From IMG/VR virus record IMGVR_UViG_3300020166_000018: a stretch of 64,000 nt of DNA; one strand, written 5' to 3'. This document shows, in pieces, positions 1 through 11,083 of this stretch. The notes below the pieces were generated by a model. It was not told the DNA's origin, made no database searches, and saw nothing but the letters and a program-made list of their open reading frames with translations. Made by a program: the position numbers and the translations under genes. Positions within the stretch are counted from its first letter, which is position 1; each line of letters opens with the position of its first letter. Origin of the DNA: an uncultured virus (IMG/VR IMGVR_UViG_3300020166_000018). Taxonomy: Duplodnaviria > Heunggongvirae > Uroviricota > Caudoviricetes.

Positions 1-1857
1 ACTAATAGAGATATAAAATATATTAATAGGGATTTTGGGAGTTTAAGACAAAGTCTAATCAACTTCTCTAAAACATATTTCCCATCCACATATAACGATT
101 TTACCCCATCATCCCCAGGTATGATGTTTATGGAAATGTCTTCGTATGTAGGTGATGTTTTATCATTTTACCAAGATAATCAATTTCAAGAAACTTTTTT
201 ACAATATGCCCGCGAAGCTAAAAATTTATATGATTTAGCTTATATGATGGGGTATAACCCTAAAGTTACTGGGGTAGCAGAAGTACCTATTGACTTCTAC
301 CAACAAGTTCCCGGAAAAAGTGATGGTGCTGGTGGTTATATTCCTGATTATGATTATGCTCTTTTAGTAGCAGAAAATTCACAGGTTGCTTCCTTAACAA
401 ATTCTAATATTAAATTTTTAGTAGAAGACCCAGTAGATTTTGATACATCATCTTCTCAAGACCCAACAACCGTTTCTATTTATCAAGAAACCGCTGGAGT
501 AGTGGATTTTTTCTTACTTAAAAAAACAAGAAAAGCAATTTCAGCCACAATCAATTCCATTAATATTAGTGCTGGGAGTACACCAACAGAATTCTTTACT
601 ACAGATATTACTTCCCCTAATTTAATTGGTATATTAGATATTGTAGATGCTGATGGAAATATATGGTATGAAGTACCACATCTAGGTCAAGAAATGGTAT
701 ATGATTCTATAAAGAATACAAACCCAAATGATCCAAATTTATATGAAGATAATACAAATACTCCATATTTATTAAAATTAAAACAAATCCAAAGAAGATT
801 TGCTACAAGATTTATTAATAATACAACCCTTCAAATCCAGTTTGGTTCAGGTACTACTAATGATATAGATGAAGAAGTAACTCCAAATGCTGATAATGTA
901 GGTATAGGTTTACCATTTGAAAAAGATAAATTAACAGCGGCATACTCTCCCCAAAATTTTATGTTTACTAATACCTATGGTATTGCTCCTACAGGACAGT
1001 TAACAGTAAGATATTTAACTGGAGGTGGAGCAAATGCTAATGTAAAAGCAGGTAACTTAACTCAACTAACAAACAGTACAACTAACTTTCAGGTCCCTAA
1101 TATTAGTAATACTGGAGATATAGCTAATACAATTTTCAACTCTTTAACAGTTGTTAATCCTATAGCAGCATCTGGAGGTGGTGATGGTGATACTAATCAA
1201 GAAATTAGACAAAATTCTATGTCTAATTTTAATTCACAGCAGCGTAGTGTTACACAAGATGACTATTTAGTTAGAGCACTAGCAATGCCTCCTAAATATG
1301 GTGTAGTATCAAAAGCATTTATTGAACAAACTAAACTTAACACTCTTCTCCCAGGTGAAATACCATCTACATTAACTTTATATATATTAAGTGCAAATAA
1401 TGAAAATAAATTAATTAATCCATCTCCATCATTAAAACAAAATCTCCAAACTTATTTATCACAGTATAGAGTAATTGGTGATTCAATTAATATTAAAAAT
1501 GCCTTTTATATTAATCTTAATGTTGATTTTGAAATCACTGTTAGACCTAATTTTAATAGTAACGAAGTATTAACGGCATGTTTAACAGAACTTAGAACAT
1601 ATTTTAATATTAATAATTGGCAAATTAATGAACCTATTCAAAAGAAAGAAATATTTTTACTTTTGGATAAAGTTCAAGGTGTTCAAACAGTTAAAAACCT
1701 AAACTTTACTAATAATGTAGGAGGTAGTTACTCACAATATGCCTATGATATTGAAGGTGCTACAATAAATGATGTAATTTACCCTTCTATTGATCCTATG
1801 ATATTTGAAGTTAGATATCCTAACACAGATATAAAAGGTAAAGTAGTAAACTTATAA
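1..1857 (+). CDS. Baseplate wedge subunit (T4 gp6/baseplate J-like), 5'-truncated by the window edge
   Basis: Frame is open from base 1 (TNRDIKYINRDFGSLRQSLINFSKTYFP..NDF..SSPGMMFMEM..YVGDVLSFYQD), so the start lies upstream of the window. It has a gp6-like N-terminus and the GGGDGDT..EIR..QQRSVTQDDY motif. Confidence 0.85.
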   Translation, partial: TNRDIKYINRDFGSLRQSLINFSKTYFPSTYNDFTPSSPGMMFMEMSSYVGDVLSFYQDNQFQETFLQYAREAKNLYDLAYMMGYNPKVTGVAEVPIDFYQQVPGKSDGAGGYIPDYDYALLVAENSQVASLTNSNIKFLVEDPVDFDTSSSQDPTTVSIYQETAGVVDFFLLKKTRKAISATINSINISAGSTPTEFFTTDITSPNLIGILDIVDADGNIWYEVPHLGQEMVYDSIKNTNPNDPNLYEDNTNTPYLLKLKQIQRRFATRFINNTTLQIQFGSGTTNDIDEEVTPNADNVGIGLPFEKDKLTAAYSPQNFMFTNTYGIAPTGQLTVRYLTGGGANANVKAGNLTQLTNSTTNFQVPNISNTGDIANTIFNSLTVVNPIAASGGGDGDTNQEIRQNSMSNFNSQQRSVTQDDYLVRALAMPPKYGVVSKAFIEQTKLNTLLPGEIPSTLTLYILSANNENKLINPSPSLKQNLQTYLSQYRVIGDSINIKNAFYINLNVDFEITVRPNFNSNEVLTACLTELRTYFNINNWQINEPIQKKEIFLLLDKVQGVQTVKNLNFTNNVGGSYSQYAYDIEGATINDVIYPSIDPMIFEVRYPNTDIKGKVVNL

Positions 1858-1861
1858 TAAA

Positions 1862-3016
1862 ATGGCAGTATATAAAATTTTTCCATATCAAGATACTACT
1901 TTGTATTCAATGTTCCCTAAAATGAATACAGGTATTGACCCTATTAATCAGGTTTCAAATTTAAACTTTGCCATTGATAGTCAACCTTCTGTAGCAAGAT
2001 CATTAATTCAATTTGATAATGATGAAATTAATGATACTATTAATAATGTTATTGGTAGTACAAACTTTGAAACTAGATTACGTTCATTTATAGCAACAGC
2101 CCAAGGTATTGTTGAATCTTCAACTCTAGAAGTTTGGCCTATAGCTGTAGGGGGAGCAACTGGAGAACTAGAATGGAACCAGGGTACGGGTACCTATTTA
2201 GATCAACCATTAACAACAGATGGTGCTTGTTGGGAATCTCCATTTTTTGCAAATAGCAATCAATGGCCAATTGGAACTCCAGATAATTATGGTACTCCAT
2301 CAGGTTCATACAATGCTGCTTATGCTACTATAGGTGGTGGTGCTTGGTATACCGGTTCTGGGGGTACAGACTTTAACATTACAGCATCATTTGGTCCTAG
2401 AAGCGATAAAGATCTAAATATTATTGTAGACGATATTGTTCAAGCCTGGACAAGTTCAGCTTTACCAAATCACGGATTTTTAGTTAAATGGGAAGGTAGT
2501 GCTGAATTTAATACAAGCAAGCTAGTACAACCTGTAATGCAGTATTACAGTGTAGACACTAATACAATTTACCCCCCAGAACTAGAATTTAGATGGGATG
2601 ATTCAGTATGGTCTACCTCTTCAGCAGTCCCAGTATTAGACCAACAAAACATTTATATTTCATTAGCTGAAAACCCAGGTATATTTTATGCTGAAAGTGT
2701 TAATAAATTTAGATTAAACGTAAGGGAAAAATATCCTAAGCGTGAGTATGTAACTGGTTCTTTGTATACTAAACAACATTACCTACCTTCTGCTTCTGCA
2801 TGGTATGCTGTTAAAGATTTAGATACAAATGAATTTGTAGTAGATTTTGATAACGATTATACCAAAATAAGTGCAGATACAACTTCAAGTTATTTTGATT
2901 TATATATGAATGGTTTAGAACCAGAAAGATATTATCAAGTACTAGTTAAAGTTGAAGCTGGGGGTAGTACTACAATATATAATGATGAATATTACTTTAA
3001 AGTAATTAATGGGTAA
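1862..3016 (+). CDS. Virion structural protein (DNRLRE-like beta domain)
   Basis: 384-aa ORF with DTTLYS, RSLIQFD, NHGFLVK and YPPELEFRWDD motifs, located in the baseplate cluster. Confidence 0.55.
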   Translation: MAVYKIFPYQDTTLYSMFPKMNTGIDPINQVSNLNFAIDSQPSVARSLIQFDNDEINDTINNVIGSTNFETRLRSFIATAQGIVESSTLEVWPIAVGGATGELEWNQGTGTYLDQPLTTDGACWESPFFANSNQWPIGTPDNYGTPSGSYNAAYATIGGGAWYTGSGGTDFNITASFGPRSDKDLNIIVDDIVQAWTSSALPNHGFLVKWEGSAEFNTSKLVQPVMQYYSVDTNTIYPPELEFRWDDSVWSTSSAVPVLDQQNIYISLAENPGIFYAESVNKFRLNVREKYPKREYVTGSLYTKQHYLPSASAWYAVKDLDTNEFVVDFDNDYTKISADTTSSYFDLYMNGLEPERYYQVLVKVEAGGSTTIYNDEYYFKVING

Positions 3017-3360
3017 TGGAACAAAAAGTAAATTTTATACAAGGGGGTTTTGATAGGACCCAATATGTTGAAACTATTGATACAACATTTACCCAATTGG
3101 CCACCCCAGTTGAAGTTACTCCTGAAGATTTATTACCCACAGTAGAAGAATTTTTTGAAGATTATAATGCTTTATTTTTTCAAATTCCTAAAACCGGAGA
3201 AAATTCACACGAAACTTTAATAATTCAAAGTTCTGAATATATAAATTTTACTCCTTTTAGTGAAGAAATCACAGCTTTGTCCGAAGAAATTACTTCGCTT
3301 AGACAACAATTACTAGATACTAGACAACAATTAGCAGATTCAATAAATGTCCCTGAATAA
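3016..3360 (+). CDS. Hypothetical protein with C-terminal coiled coil
   Basis: 114-aa ORF coupled to the upstream stop by TAATG; heptad-like C-terminus. Confidence 0.6.
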   Translation: MEQKVNFIQGGFDRTQYVETIDTTFTQLATPVEVTPEDLLPTVEEFFEDYNALFFQIPKTGENSHETLIIQSSEYINFTPFSEEITALSEEITSLRQQLLDTRQQLADSINVPE

Positions 3361-6300
3361 TCTTACCCCCATAGATCCAACAACATTTTTATCTGAGCAA
3401 TATTCTGTTTCAGATCAATCTCTTATTGCTACCATAGCAGAAACTTCTACATTTAACCAGGCAACTGATTATGTTGAATTTTTTGTTTACGATTTAGCAG
3501 GTAATATTCTCTCCCCTTCTGGCCCCAATGCTGAATTTTCAGATTACACTATTTTAGATAATGAAATTTACATAAACCCAGAAGTAGATTTAGAATCTAC
3601 TGGATTTAATGTAGGTGAAGTAAATGTTTTATATAATTTTTATAGACAGTGGTTATCTTCTTCTCCGAATGATACTTATTTTATTAAAGAAATTTCATCA
3701 AATCGGACAGAAATTAGATTAACTTCTAATCTTATATCTCAAGTAGATATAACTACATCTACAAATGAATTTATTTCATATAGAGAACAAGATGAGACAT
3801 TCCCAGATTTTTATTTAAATTTAGGTTTTAATCAATTATATATTGCTAATAATATTCAATTAGATACTGATGGTAGTATTTTAATTAAGTTATATGATCC
3901 CCTACCTTTAAATGTAAGTGAAAAAACTTCATTATGGGTAGTAGAAAAGTTAAATGAAGGTTTAGCATATAATGCTCAATTTGAGGACCAAATATTTGTT
4001 TCCCCTACAGCACCTCAATTAAGAGGTCCTAATTACAATTTATCAATTAAAGGGGAATTAAACAACTCTACAGAAAATTTAGATCTTTCGGGAATTTTAT
4101 CTCCTAATAGTCAATCTGAATCTCAATTAAATTCTTATTTAGCTGACCCTAGTATTAAAATCAATGTTGACTACACAGATTTTGGTAATTTTGTAAACTT
4201 TTCATCAGCACAAGCTAGAATTGAAAATTTCTTTGAAAAAGTAACTACTATACAATCAGCAAGTGCTGAAATTGCTACATTTTCAACCTTAAATCAAACC
4301 CCAGCAGTTTCGGCTAGTGTATCGTCCTTAAATAATATTATAAATAATACTATAGTTAATTTTGATAATTATGAGTATTATCTATATTTTGAATCCGGTT
4401 CAAACACATACCCAAAACTTCCAGGAGACCCACCTTATAATAACGTAGCTACGGGTAGTGCTGCTGCCATTTCTTGGTATAATACCCAAGTAATTTCAGC
4501 TTCTAATTATGATAATCTAAATCTAGATTGGTTATATTATTCAACACCAACTTATTTAAGAGATGATGTTGAAAATCAACCTTATTTGACTTTCCTTAAT
4601 ATGGTAGGTCATTTTGTTGATAATGATATTTGGGTATATTTAAAAGATACAACAAACAAATGGGATGCCGATAATAGAATTAACGCTGGTGTATCTAAAG
4701 ACTTAGTAGCTCAAGTATTAAGAGACATGGGCGTCAAGTTATACCAAAACAACTTTAGCTCAACTGACTTATACTCAGCATTTTTAGGATTTACAGACTC
4801 TGGTAGTTTATTCCCCTTCCCTAATATGACTGGGTCACTTCCAACTCCTAGTGGATACGAATATATTTCAAATTTTATATCATCTAGTAACGAAGCTATA
4901 CCATTAGACGACATAAATAAACGCATTTACAAACGTATCTACCATAACCTACCATACCTACTGAAAGCAAAAGGTACTGTCGCAGGTCTGCGTACTTTAA
5001 TTACTTCATACGGTATTCCTGATACGATTTTGCGTATTAATGAGTTTGGGGGTAAAGATAAAATCAACACAAACGATTGGGATTTATGGCAACATCAATA
5101 TAATTTCCAATACGATACTAACATTGATGGGGAGATATCAACATTATGGCCTTTAAACAATAACTGGAATTCTCGAACCCCAGAAACAGTACAATTTAGA
5201 TTTAAAGCACCTAAATCCGGAAGTAATGCTGTAGATAATGCAGTAAATACTCCCCAACAAGTCCTTTGGAGTTTAAATTCCACCCCAAAAATAGCAATTG
5301 GGTTAGATTATTTAGGAAATGGGTTTACCTCAGGTTCATATTCAGGTTCTATCCCCTCTCAATCATTTGAATATGCTAATTTAGTATTTACTACAGATGA
5401 TTTTGGTACTACCTCTAGTGTATATTTACCTTTCTTTGATGGAGAATGGTGGTCTGTAATGTTAACCAAAGAAAATGATAATTTTACATTATATGCTGGT
5501 AATAAAATTTATAATGGAAATGATGGTTCTCAAATAGGTTTTATAGCATCTGCCTCAGATACCTTTATAGGTAATGATTGGGATAATGCTACAAATTCAT
5601 ACTTCCCTAGCCCATCCAGAGTAGATATCCCTCCATACACAGCATTCTCCGGTTCATATCAAGAAGTTAGATATTTTGACCAAGCCATTTCTCAAAATGT
5701 ATTTAAGGATTATGTAATGAATCCCCAATCAACTGAAGGTAATGGTATAAATGGATCGGCAGATCAATTAGCATTTAGAGCTTCATTAGGAGGTGAATTG
5801 TACACTGGGTCAGTTTCTATACACCCTAAAGTTGGTGGGTCAATTCCTACTTCCTCATTTTCCTCTAATTCAAACTTTAATACTCGTGGTGAGTTTGGAT
5901 TTACAACAAACCGAGAATGGATATTCTATGATTCACCTGCAGTTGGTATAAAAAATAGAAATACAGATAAGATTAAACGTCAAGATTTAATTTTACCTGA
6001 AGGAAATACATTATCTAACCAGATTTCAATCCAACAATCATCTTTTACTGATGATGATTATACTAATAATCTTAACTTATTAGAGGTAGCATTCTCACCA
6101 CAAAACGAAATTAATGACGATATTATTAATCAAATTGGTTTCTTTAATATTGGTGATTATATAGGTGACCCAAGATTAGTATCTTCAAGTGCTGATACTT
6201 ATCCTTCACTAGTTAACTTATCTAAAGAATATTTTGAAAAATATACATCTAGCTATGATGTTTATGATTATATTAGATTAATCAAATTCTTTGATAACTC

Positions 6301-9300
6301 GTTATTTAAGATGATTAAAGACTTTGTTCCTGCTAGAACTGGTCTAGCATCTGGTATTGTAGTTAAACAACATATTTTAGAGAGACAAAAATACCCAACA
6401 CCACAGGCTGAATGGACTAGACCTGAATATACAGGTTCAATTGGTTCTACTCCTGCTTTACTTGATGGTGCTAGGTATTACGAAGCAACAACTGATTTTG
6501 AATCAAATCCAATAATAACTGTAGAAGGTGGAGCTGGTGGTTCTGTAAATGATTTAAATGTACCTGTAGGATTTTTTAGAGCTGTAGATACAGGGATGCC
6601 CTCAACAGCACTTAGTACTACCCCTACTACTTTATTTAAAAACGGTACTATAGTTAATGGAACTATTTCTAATAATGGGGTAGCTATATCTCCTAAAGGT
6701 ATAATAGAAAACACAGGTAAGTTTACAATAGATTCAAACTATACATTTAAAGGAGATATCAATGTAGAAGTTAAAAACTCAATCACCCAAAGGACAATGG
6801 TGTTAGAGTTAGTAGAAGATAATAATAGTATTGTAAATTCAATACAAAAATTAGTCCCTATTACTACAGGTGCTACTTATACTTCACTTACTCTTACTAA
6901 TTGTATTTTTGAAGCTGGGAAAACTTATTATTTCCAACTTAAAACTACTACAGGCACTACTAATATTACAGGTGTTACAAGAGTTAATTTTGTTCAACAA
7001 GACGCTCCTGAAATTTTTAGATCAGGTCAAATGTATAGCGAGGTAATTAAAACCCCATTAGGAGATGTTACTGAAACTGTATCTAATAGCCATGAATTTT
7101 ATGATGGAGAATATAGCGGTTCAGATTATGTAGTAACTGATGGTGAACTAAACACTGAATGTGATACGTTTAAAAAAGCAGACACTACAGAAATTCAATA
7201 CTATTTATCTTCTTCCGTACCTGAAAATACATCTAATTTCATTAATACCCCAGGACCAGGTGCTGCATTTACAATGATGGATAGTGGTACTAATGATGGT
7301 TTAAAAGTATATTTACAATGGAGCTTTGATAGATCAGAAAGAATAAATTTATCTCCTATAAGAAATTATTACTGGAATGTAGTAGGATTCGCAATTAAAA
7401 TCCCAGAATCAGCAAATTCTGTAGATGTAGAAGATTATATTACTTCATTAAAAGAACTTAAACTTTTAGATGTTAATTTTGTAGGTGCCAATGCTACAGG
7501 ATTAGCAGGAATTGGTTGGGGTGGAATTTCTAGTAAAACATTTACAAATGCTGTAGACCCTATTTTAATACCAAAATCATTTAGAAGATACGATGCTTAT
7601 TCAAACTCAGGCAGATTCATTTACGTTGAGACCGAACCCTCAGAGATGGAGTTTAAACTTAGTGTAAATGAACTTTCTCCTTCTTATTCTGAAGGAGATC
7701 TATATGGGTTTAATATAGCAGCTAAAGGTTTAATAAACACAGTATTTGAACCTTTTATACCACAAACATTCCAAAATAGTGATTGTAACCCAATAATTAA
7801 TAATGCTACAGATGTTACACCATCAACAGTATATTACGATGTTGATTATGCTAATAATCCTAACGTAGCAGTTAATTTTGATACTATTTTAGCAGGTACA
7901 TCCCCAAAAGCAAAAATACAAGATTTTAATTATCATACTCGTAGGAATACTATTCCACGTTATGAAGGCTCTAAAAATGGTAACACAACTAATTATAGTG
8001 TAGAAGGTGCATCTATTGATGCTACACAAGCTCTATTTGGTTACTTTAACTGGGTAGGTGGTACTGCTCCTGAATGGGGTAATGGTTTAGAAGATCGTAG
8101 TGTAGCTAACCTAAGGTTCCTTTTAGATGTTAATGGTAAAATCATTAAACCTATAAAAGATTCAGCAGGTATAAATCAAGGTATAGTTGAAAATAACTTT
8201 ACAGAAGGTAAAATTGCTACTTTAGCATTTGATGATGAAGCTGGATCATCAGCAGGATTCTCTAACTTATTAGGAGATCATATAATTTTTAAAAGTGGAA
8301 AAGATATTACCCCTATTATATATTCTCAAACAGGAAGTATAGGACCAAATTCAAGTACAGATCTATTTACAGGTTCACTAACCTTTGTACAAGGTGATCA
8401 AGCTGAATCAACAGTAGATGATTATAGATTAACGGTATTTACTCAAAATCAAACTATTATAGGTACTGGTAATGTTACATTCCAAACCCCAACAGTTGAG
8501 GGTTCCGAAGCTAGTTTTACAAGTAATGTATATTCCCCTGATTCATCTCCTAGTAGCCAATCACCCCAAACTACTTTAAACTTTAAAGTTTTTATCCAAA
8601 AAGAATTTACGGCAAATGCCGATGCTACATTCCAACTCCAGAAAAATGATGGTGGGGGTTGGGTTAATTTTGGTCCTAGTGCTAATTTAGATGCTAATAT
8701 TGATGATAGTATTACTATTCAAACATCTGATCCTACAGCATTATCAACAGATAGTTATAGACTCCGAATTACAGCAGAAAATAGTGCGGGTCAAGGTAAT
8801 CTTTTATCAATAAAAGGTACTTCATATTTAAGAGTTCAACAAACACCTCCACCTTCTATTGGTGCTGTAGGACCTGACACCCCAGGTGGTACTAACTATT
8901 GGACAAAATTAGGTACTACCACCAACCAATTTAGAACAAATGCATTAACTGCTGTACTAGGTCAAAGACAACAAGATATAGAAGGTAGTGGTTTCTTTGG
9001 TATTACTAATGATTTTGTACTTGAAGTAGGAGATGAAATTAGATTCCAAGGTACAGAAACCCAAACCTACAAGATTACTGCTATAGATGTTGCTACTAAC
9101 CCATCATATGCAGGAGCATTAGTATATACTGTAGATAGAAATCTTACATTAACTAATACTGAAATGAACTGGTTCCTAGTTAGAAGGTATATAGATAATC
9201 CTGCTAATATTATTCTAGAAGTAGACAAACCAGCTGGAGGTACTTCACCAGGTATCTTAAAACCACAATACTTATCTAAAAATGCTGAAGATAATATTGA

Positions 9301-9340
9301 TACTATTTTAGAAAACTTAAGACGAGACTCGTTAATTTAA
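3347..9340 (+). CDS. Large baseplate/tail structural protein
   Basis: 1997-aa ORF; IYHNLPYLLKAKGTVAGLRTLITSYGIP resembles the tail protein I/baseplate wedge motif; followed by beta-rich domains. Confidence 0.65.
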   Translation: MSLNNLTPIDPTTFLSEQYSVSDQSLIATIAETSTFNQATDYVEFFVYDLAGNILSPSGPNAEFSDYTILDNEIYINPEVDLESTGFNVGEVNVLYNFYRQWLSSSPNDTYFIKEISSNRTEIRLTSNLISQVDITTSTNEFISYREQDETFPDFYLNLGFNQLYIANNIQLDTDGSILIKLYDPLPLNVSEKTSLWVVEKLNEGLAYNAQFEDQIFVSPTAPQLRGPNYNLSIKGELNNSTENLDLSGILSPNSQSESQLNSYLADPSIKINVDYTDFGNFVNFSSAQARIENFFEKVTTIQSASAEIATFSTLNQTPAVSASVSSLNNIINNTIVNFDNYEYYLYFESGSNTYPKLPGDPPYNNVATGSAAAISWYNTQVISASNYDNLNLDWLYYSTPTYLRDDVENQPYLTFLNMVGHFVDNDIWVYLKDTTNKWDADNRINAGVSKDLVAQVLRDMGVKLYQNNFSSTDLYSAFLGFTDSGSLFPFPNMTGSLPTPSGYEYISNFISSSNEAIPLDDINKRIYKRIYHNLPYLLKAKGTVAGLRTLITSYGIPDTILRINEFGGKDKINTNDWDLWQHQYNFQYDTNIDGEISTLWPLNNNWNSRTPETVQFRFKAPKSGSNAVDNAVNTPQQVLWSLNSTPKIAIGLDYLGNGFTSGSYSGSIPSQSFEYANLVFTTDDFGTTSSVYLPFFDGEWWSVMLTKENDNFTLYAGNKIYNGNDGSQIGFIASASDTFIGNDWDNATNSYFPSPSRVDIPPYTAFSGSYQEVRYFDQAISQNVFKDYVMNPQSTEGNGINGSADQLAFRASLGGELYTGSVSIHPKVGGSIPTSSFSSNSNFNTRGEFGFTTNREWIFYDSPAVGIKNRNTDKIKRQDLILPEGNTLSNQISIQQSSFTDDDYTNNLNLLEVAFSPQNEINDDIINQIGFFNIGDYIGDPRLVSSSADTYPSLVNLSKEYFEKYTSSYDVYDYIRLIKFFDNSLFKMIKDFVPARTGLASGIVVKQHILERQKYPTPQAEWTRPEYTGSIGSTPALLDGARYYEATTDFESNPIITVEGGAGGSVNDLNVPVGFFRAVDTGMPSTALSTTPTTLFKNGTIVNGTISNNGVAISPKGIIENTGKFTIDSNYTFKGDINVEVKNSITQRTMVLELVEDNNSIVNSIQKLVPITTGATYTSLTLTNCIFEAGKTYYFQLKTTTGTTNITGVTRVNFVQQDAPEIFRSGQMYSEVIKTPLGDVTETVSNSHEFYDGEYSGSDYVVTDGELNTECDTFKKADTTEIQYYLSSSVPENTSNFINTPGPGAAFTMMDSGTNDGLKVYLQWSFDRSERINLSPIRNYYWNVVGFAIKIPESANSVDVEDYITSLKELKLLDVNFVGANATGLAGIGWGGISSKTFTNAVDPILIPKSFRRYDAYSNSGRFIYVETEPSEMEFKLSVNELSPSYSEGDLYGFNIAAKGLINTVFEPFIPQTFQNSDCNPIINNATDVTPSTVYYDVDYANNPNVAVNFDTILAGTSPKAKIQDFNYHTRRNTIPRYEGSKNGNTTNYSVEGASIDATQALFGYFNWVGGTAPEWGNGLEDRSVANLRFLLDVNGKIIKPIKDSAGINQGIVENNFTEGKIATLAFDDEAGSSAGFSNLLGDHIIFKSGKDITPIIYSQTGSIGPNSSTDLFTGSLTFVQGDQAESTVDDYRLTVFTQNQTIIGTGNVTFQTPTVEGSEASFTSNVYSPDSSPSSQSPQTTLNFKVFIQKEFTANADATFQLQKNDGGGWVNFGPSANLDANIDDSITIQTSDPTALSTDSYRLRITAENSAGQGNLLSIKGTSYLRVQQTPPPSIGAVGPDTPGGTNYWTKLGTTTNQFRTNALTAVLGQRQQDIEGSGFFGITNDFVLEVGDEIRFQGTETQTYKITAIDVATNPSYAGALVYTVDRNLTLTNTEMNWFLVRRYIDNPANIILEVDKPAGGTSPGILKPQYLSKNAEDNIDTILENLRRDSLI

Positions 9341-9347
9341 ATTATAA

Positions 9348-9381
9348 TTTGGCGTAAAATTAAAACTAACATATATTTATA
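9348..9381 (+). promoter_or_regulatory. Putative promoter TTTG-N20-TATATTTA(TA)
   Basis: TTTG at 9348-9351 and TATATTTA at 9372-9379, intergenic; resembles the Bacteroidota -33/-7 consensus TTTG..TAnnTTTG. Confidence 0.6.
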
Positions 9382-9400
9382 ATAAATCAAACATTAGAAA

Positions 9401-10057
9401 ATGGGATATTTAAATAATTCAGTAGTAACAGTAGATGCTATCCTTACAACAAGAGGAAGACAACTGTTAGCTCAAAATGACGGTTCATTCGTAATCACTC
9501 AATTTGCACTAGCAGATGATGAGATTGATTATACATTGTATAACCCAACTCACCCCTCAGGCTCAGCTTACTACGGCCAAGCAATCGAAGGTATGCCTTT
9601 GCTAGAAGCATTTCCAAACGAGACTCAAGTCATGAAGTACAAATTAACTACTTTACCTCGTGGTACTGCTAAAATGCCTATCCTAGATGTTGGTTACACT
9701 AATATTGTAATTAAACAAGGTGCCTCATTAGCAATAACTCCTCAAACATTAAATTACTTAGGTGGTAACCAATCAGAAACTTCTGGTTATACTGCTACTA
9801 TTTCCGATGTTAGATTATTCAATACATTTGATGGAGTTGGTATCAATACAGCAGATGCAACTGCTCTTAACACATCAAATGTTACTTTAGGTACTAATGT
9901 ATCTAAAACAGTTGTTGGTACTACTATTAACTTAACTGCAACTACTGTAAATACATTATTTGGAGACAATACTTCCCTTTCAGCTACTTTAGTAATTGAA
10001 GGTAGAGATTCAGGAGCAAGAATCCAGGTACCCGTAACAGTAACTAAAGTATCCTAA
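9401..10057 (+). CDS. Virion structural protein (tail-collar-like N-terminus)
   Basis: 218 aa; DAILTTRGRQLLA..ITQFALADDEIDY. Confidence 0.55.
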   Translation: MGYLNNSVVTVDAILTTRGRQLLAQNDGSFVITQFALADDEIDYTLYNPTHPSGSAYYGQAIEGMPLLEAFPNETQVMKYKLTTLPRGTAKMPILDVGYTNIVIKQGASLAITPQTLNYLGGNQSETSGYTATISDVRLFNTFDGVGINTADATALNTSNVTLGTNVSKTVVGTTINLTATTVNTLFGDNTSLSATLVIEGRDSGARIQVPVTVTKVS

Positions 10058-10067
10058 AACTTAGATT

Positions 10068-11078
10068 ATGTCATTTAAAGCATTCGAACAAGACGATTTT
10101 GTAGTATCAGCTGATAGTATCACTGCTGGTTTATGGACAGGAAATTCTCCTGAACTTACTACATTTTACACGTCATCAACACAAGTAGCATCTTCTAATG
10201 GAGATTATTATATTAATGTATTTAATTCTGAATCTCTAACAGATATTCAATTTGCAATCGCTTATGGTGATGTAGATGGTAGTGGCTCTATAGAATATGA
10301 TAGTGCAGTACCAGGTAAATCTCCTTCTTCTACAAATTATGGTCAATACCGTACTTTAGTATTAGGAGATGAAAATGCTGAATTTACATTCGGAGGTGAA
10401 ACTGCTCCAAACTTTTATGTAATTTCAGTAGATAGAAACAGGTACAAAGGAGGTTTATTCCCAGGATCAACTACTTTAAAACTAACAGTAGGTGCTAATG
10501 ATTTATATCTTACAGATAACTCTCAAGTTTCTACAACAGTAGAATTTAATGATGCAGGTAGAGTATTCCAATTAGTATCAGGTTCAGCAGGTGTTGTAAG
10601 TTCTGCTTCACCAGGTGAAAATGGTTATTCACTTTCAGGTTCATACGGTTTATTCTTACCAGATATTGCTACTTATATCTTAAACCCCTCAGCATTAGAT
10701 GCTAATGTTGCAAATGGTGGTATTTTATTAGGTACAACTAGAGGTGATAATACTGATAGTGAAAATGCTGGTAGATTATATGATGCTATTGTAGATGGTG
10801 CTTCATTTACAGCTAATTCAGAAGAAACAATTACTTCCGATTTTATATTTGTAAGACCAAGATCTTCAGAATTTAACTATTCAGAAAACCCATCATTCAT
10901 CTCAGGTTCAACTGGTGAAGTATTATATAGCTCGTTTATTAATAACCCAACTACTTATGTAACTACAGTAGGTTTATATAACAATGCTAGTGAGTTATTA
11001 GCAGTAGCTAAACTATCAACACCTCTACCAAAAGATTTTACAAAAGAAGCTCTTATTAGAGTTAAGCTAGATTTCTAA
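10068..11078 (+). CDS. Virion structural protein, paralogous to 11084-11983
   Basis: 336 aa; C-terminal FNYSENPS..YVTTVGLYNNASELLAVAKLSTP. Confidence 0.55.
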   Translation: MSFKAFEQDDFVVSADSITAGLWTGNSPELTTFYTSSTQVASSNGDYYINVFNSESLTDIQFAIAYGDVDGSGSIEYDSAVPGKSPSSTNYGQYRTLVLGDENAEFTFGGETAPNFYVISVDRNRYKGGLFPGSTTLKLTVGANDLYLTDNSQVSTTVEFNDAGRVFQLVSGSAGVVSSASPGENGYSLSGSYGLFLPDIATYILNPSALDANVANGGILLGTTRGDNTDSENAGRLYDAIVDGASFTANSEETITSDFIFVRPRSSEFNYSENPSFISGSTGEVLYSSFINNPTTYVTTVGLYNNASELLAVAKLSTPLPKDFTKEALIRVKLDF

Positions 11079-11083
11079 AATGA

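Noticed and set aside
121..1857. ORF-track start at 121 for the baseplate gene
   Set aside because: The frame is open from base 1 with conserved-looking sequence, so the true start is upstream of the window.
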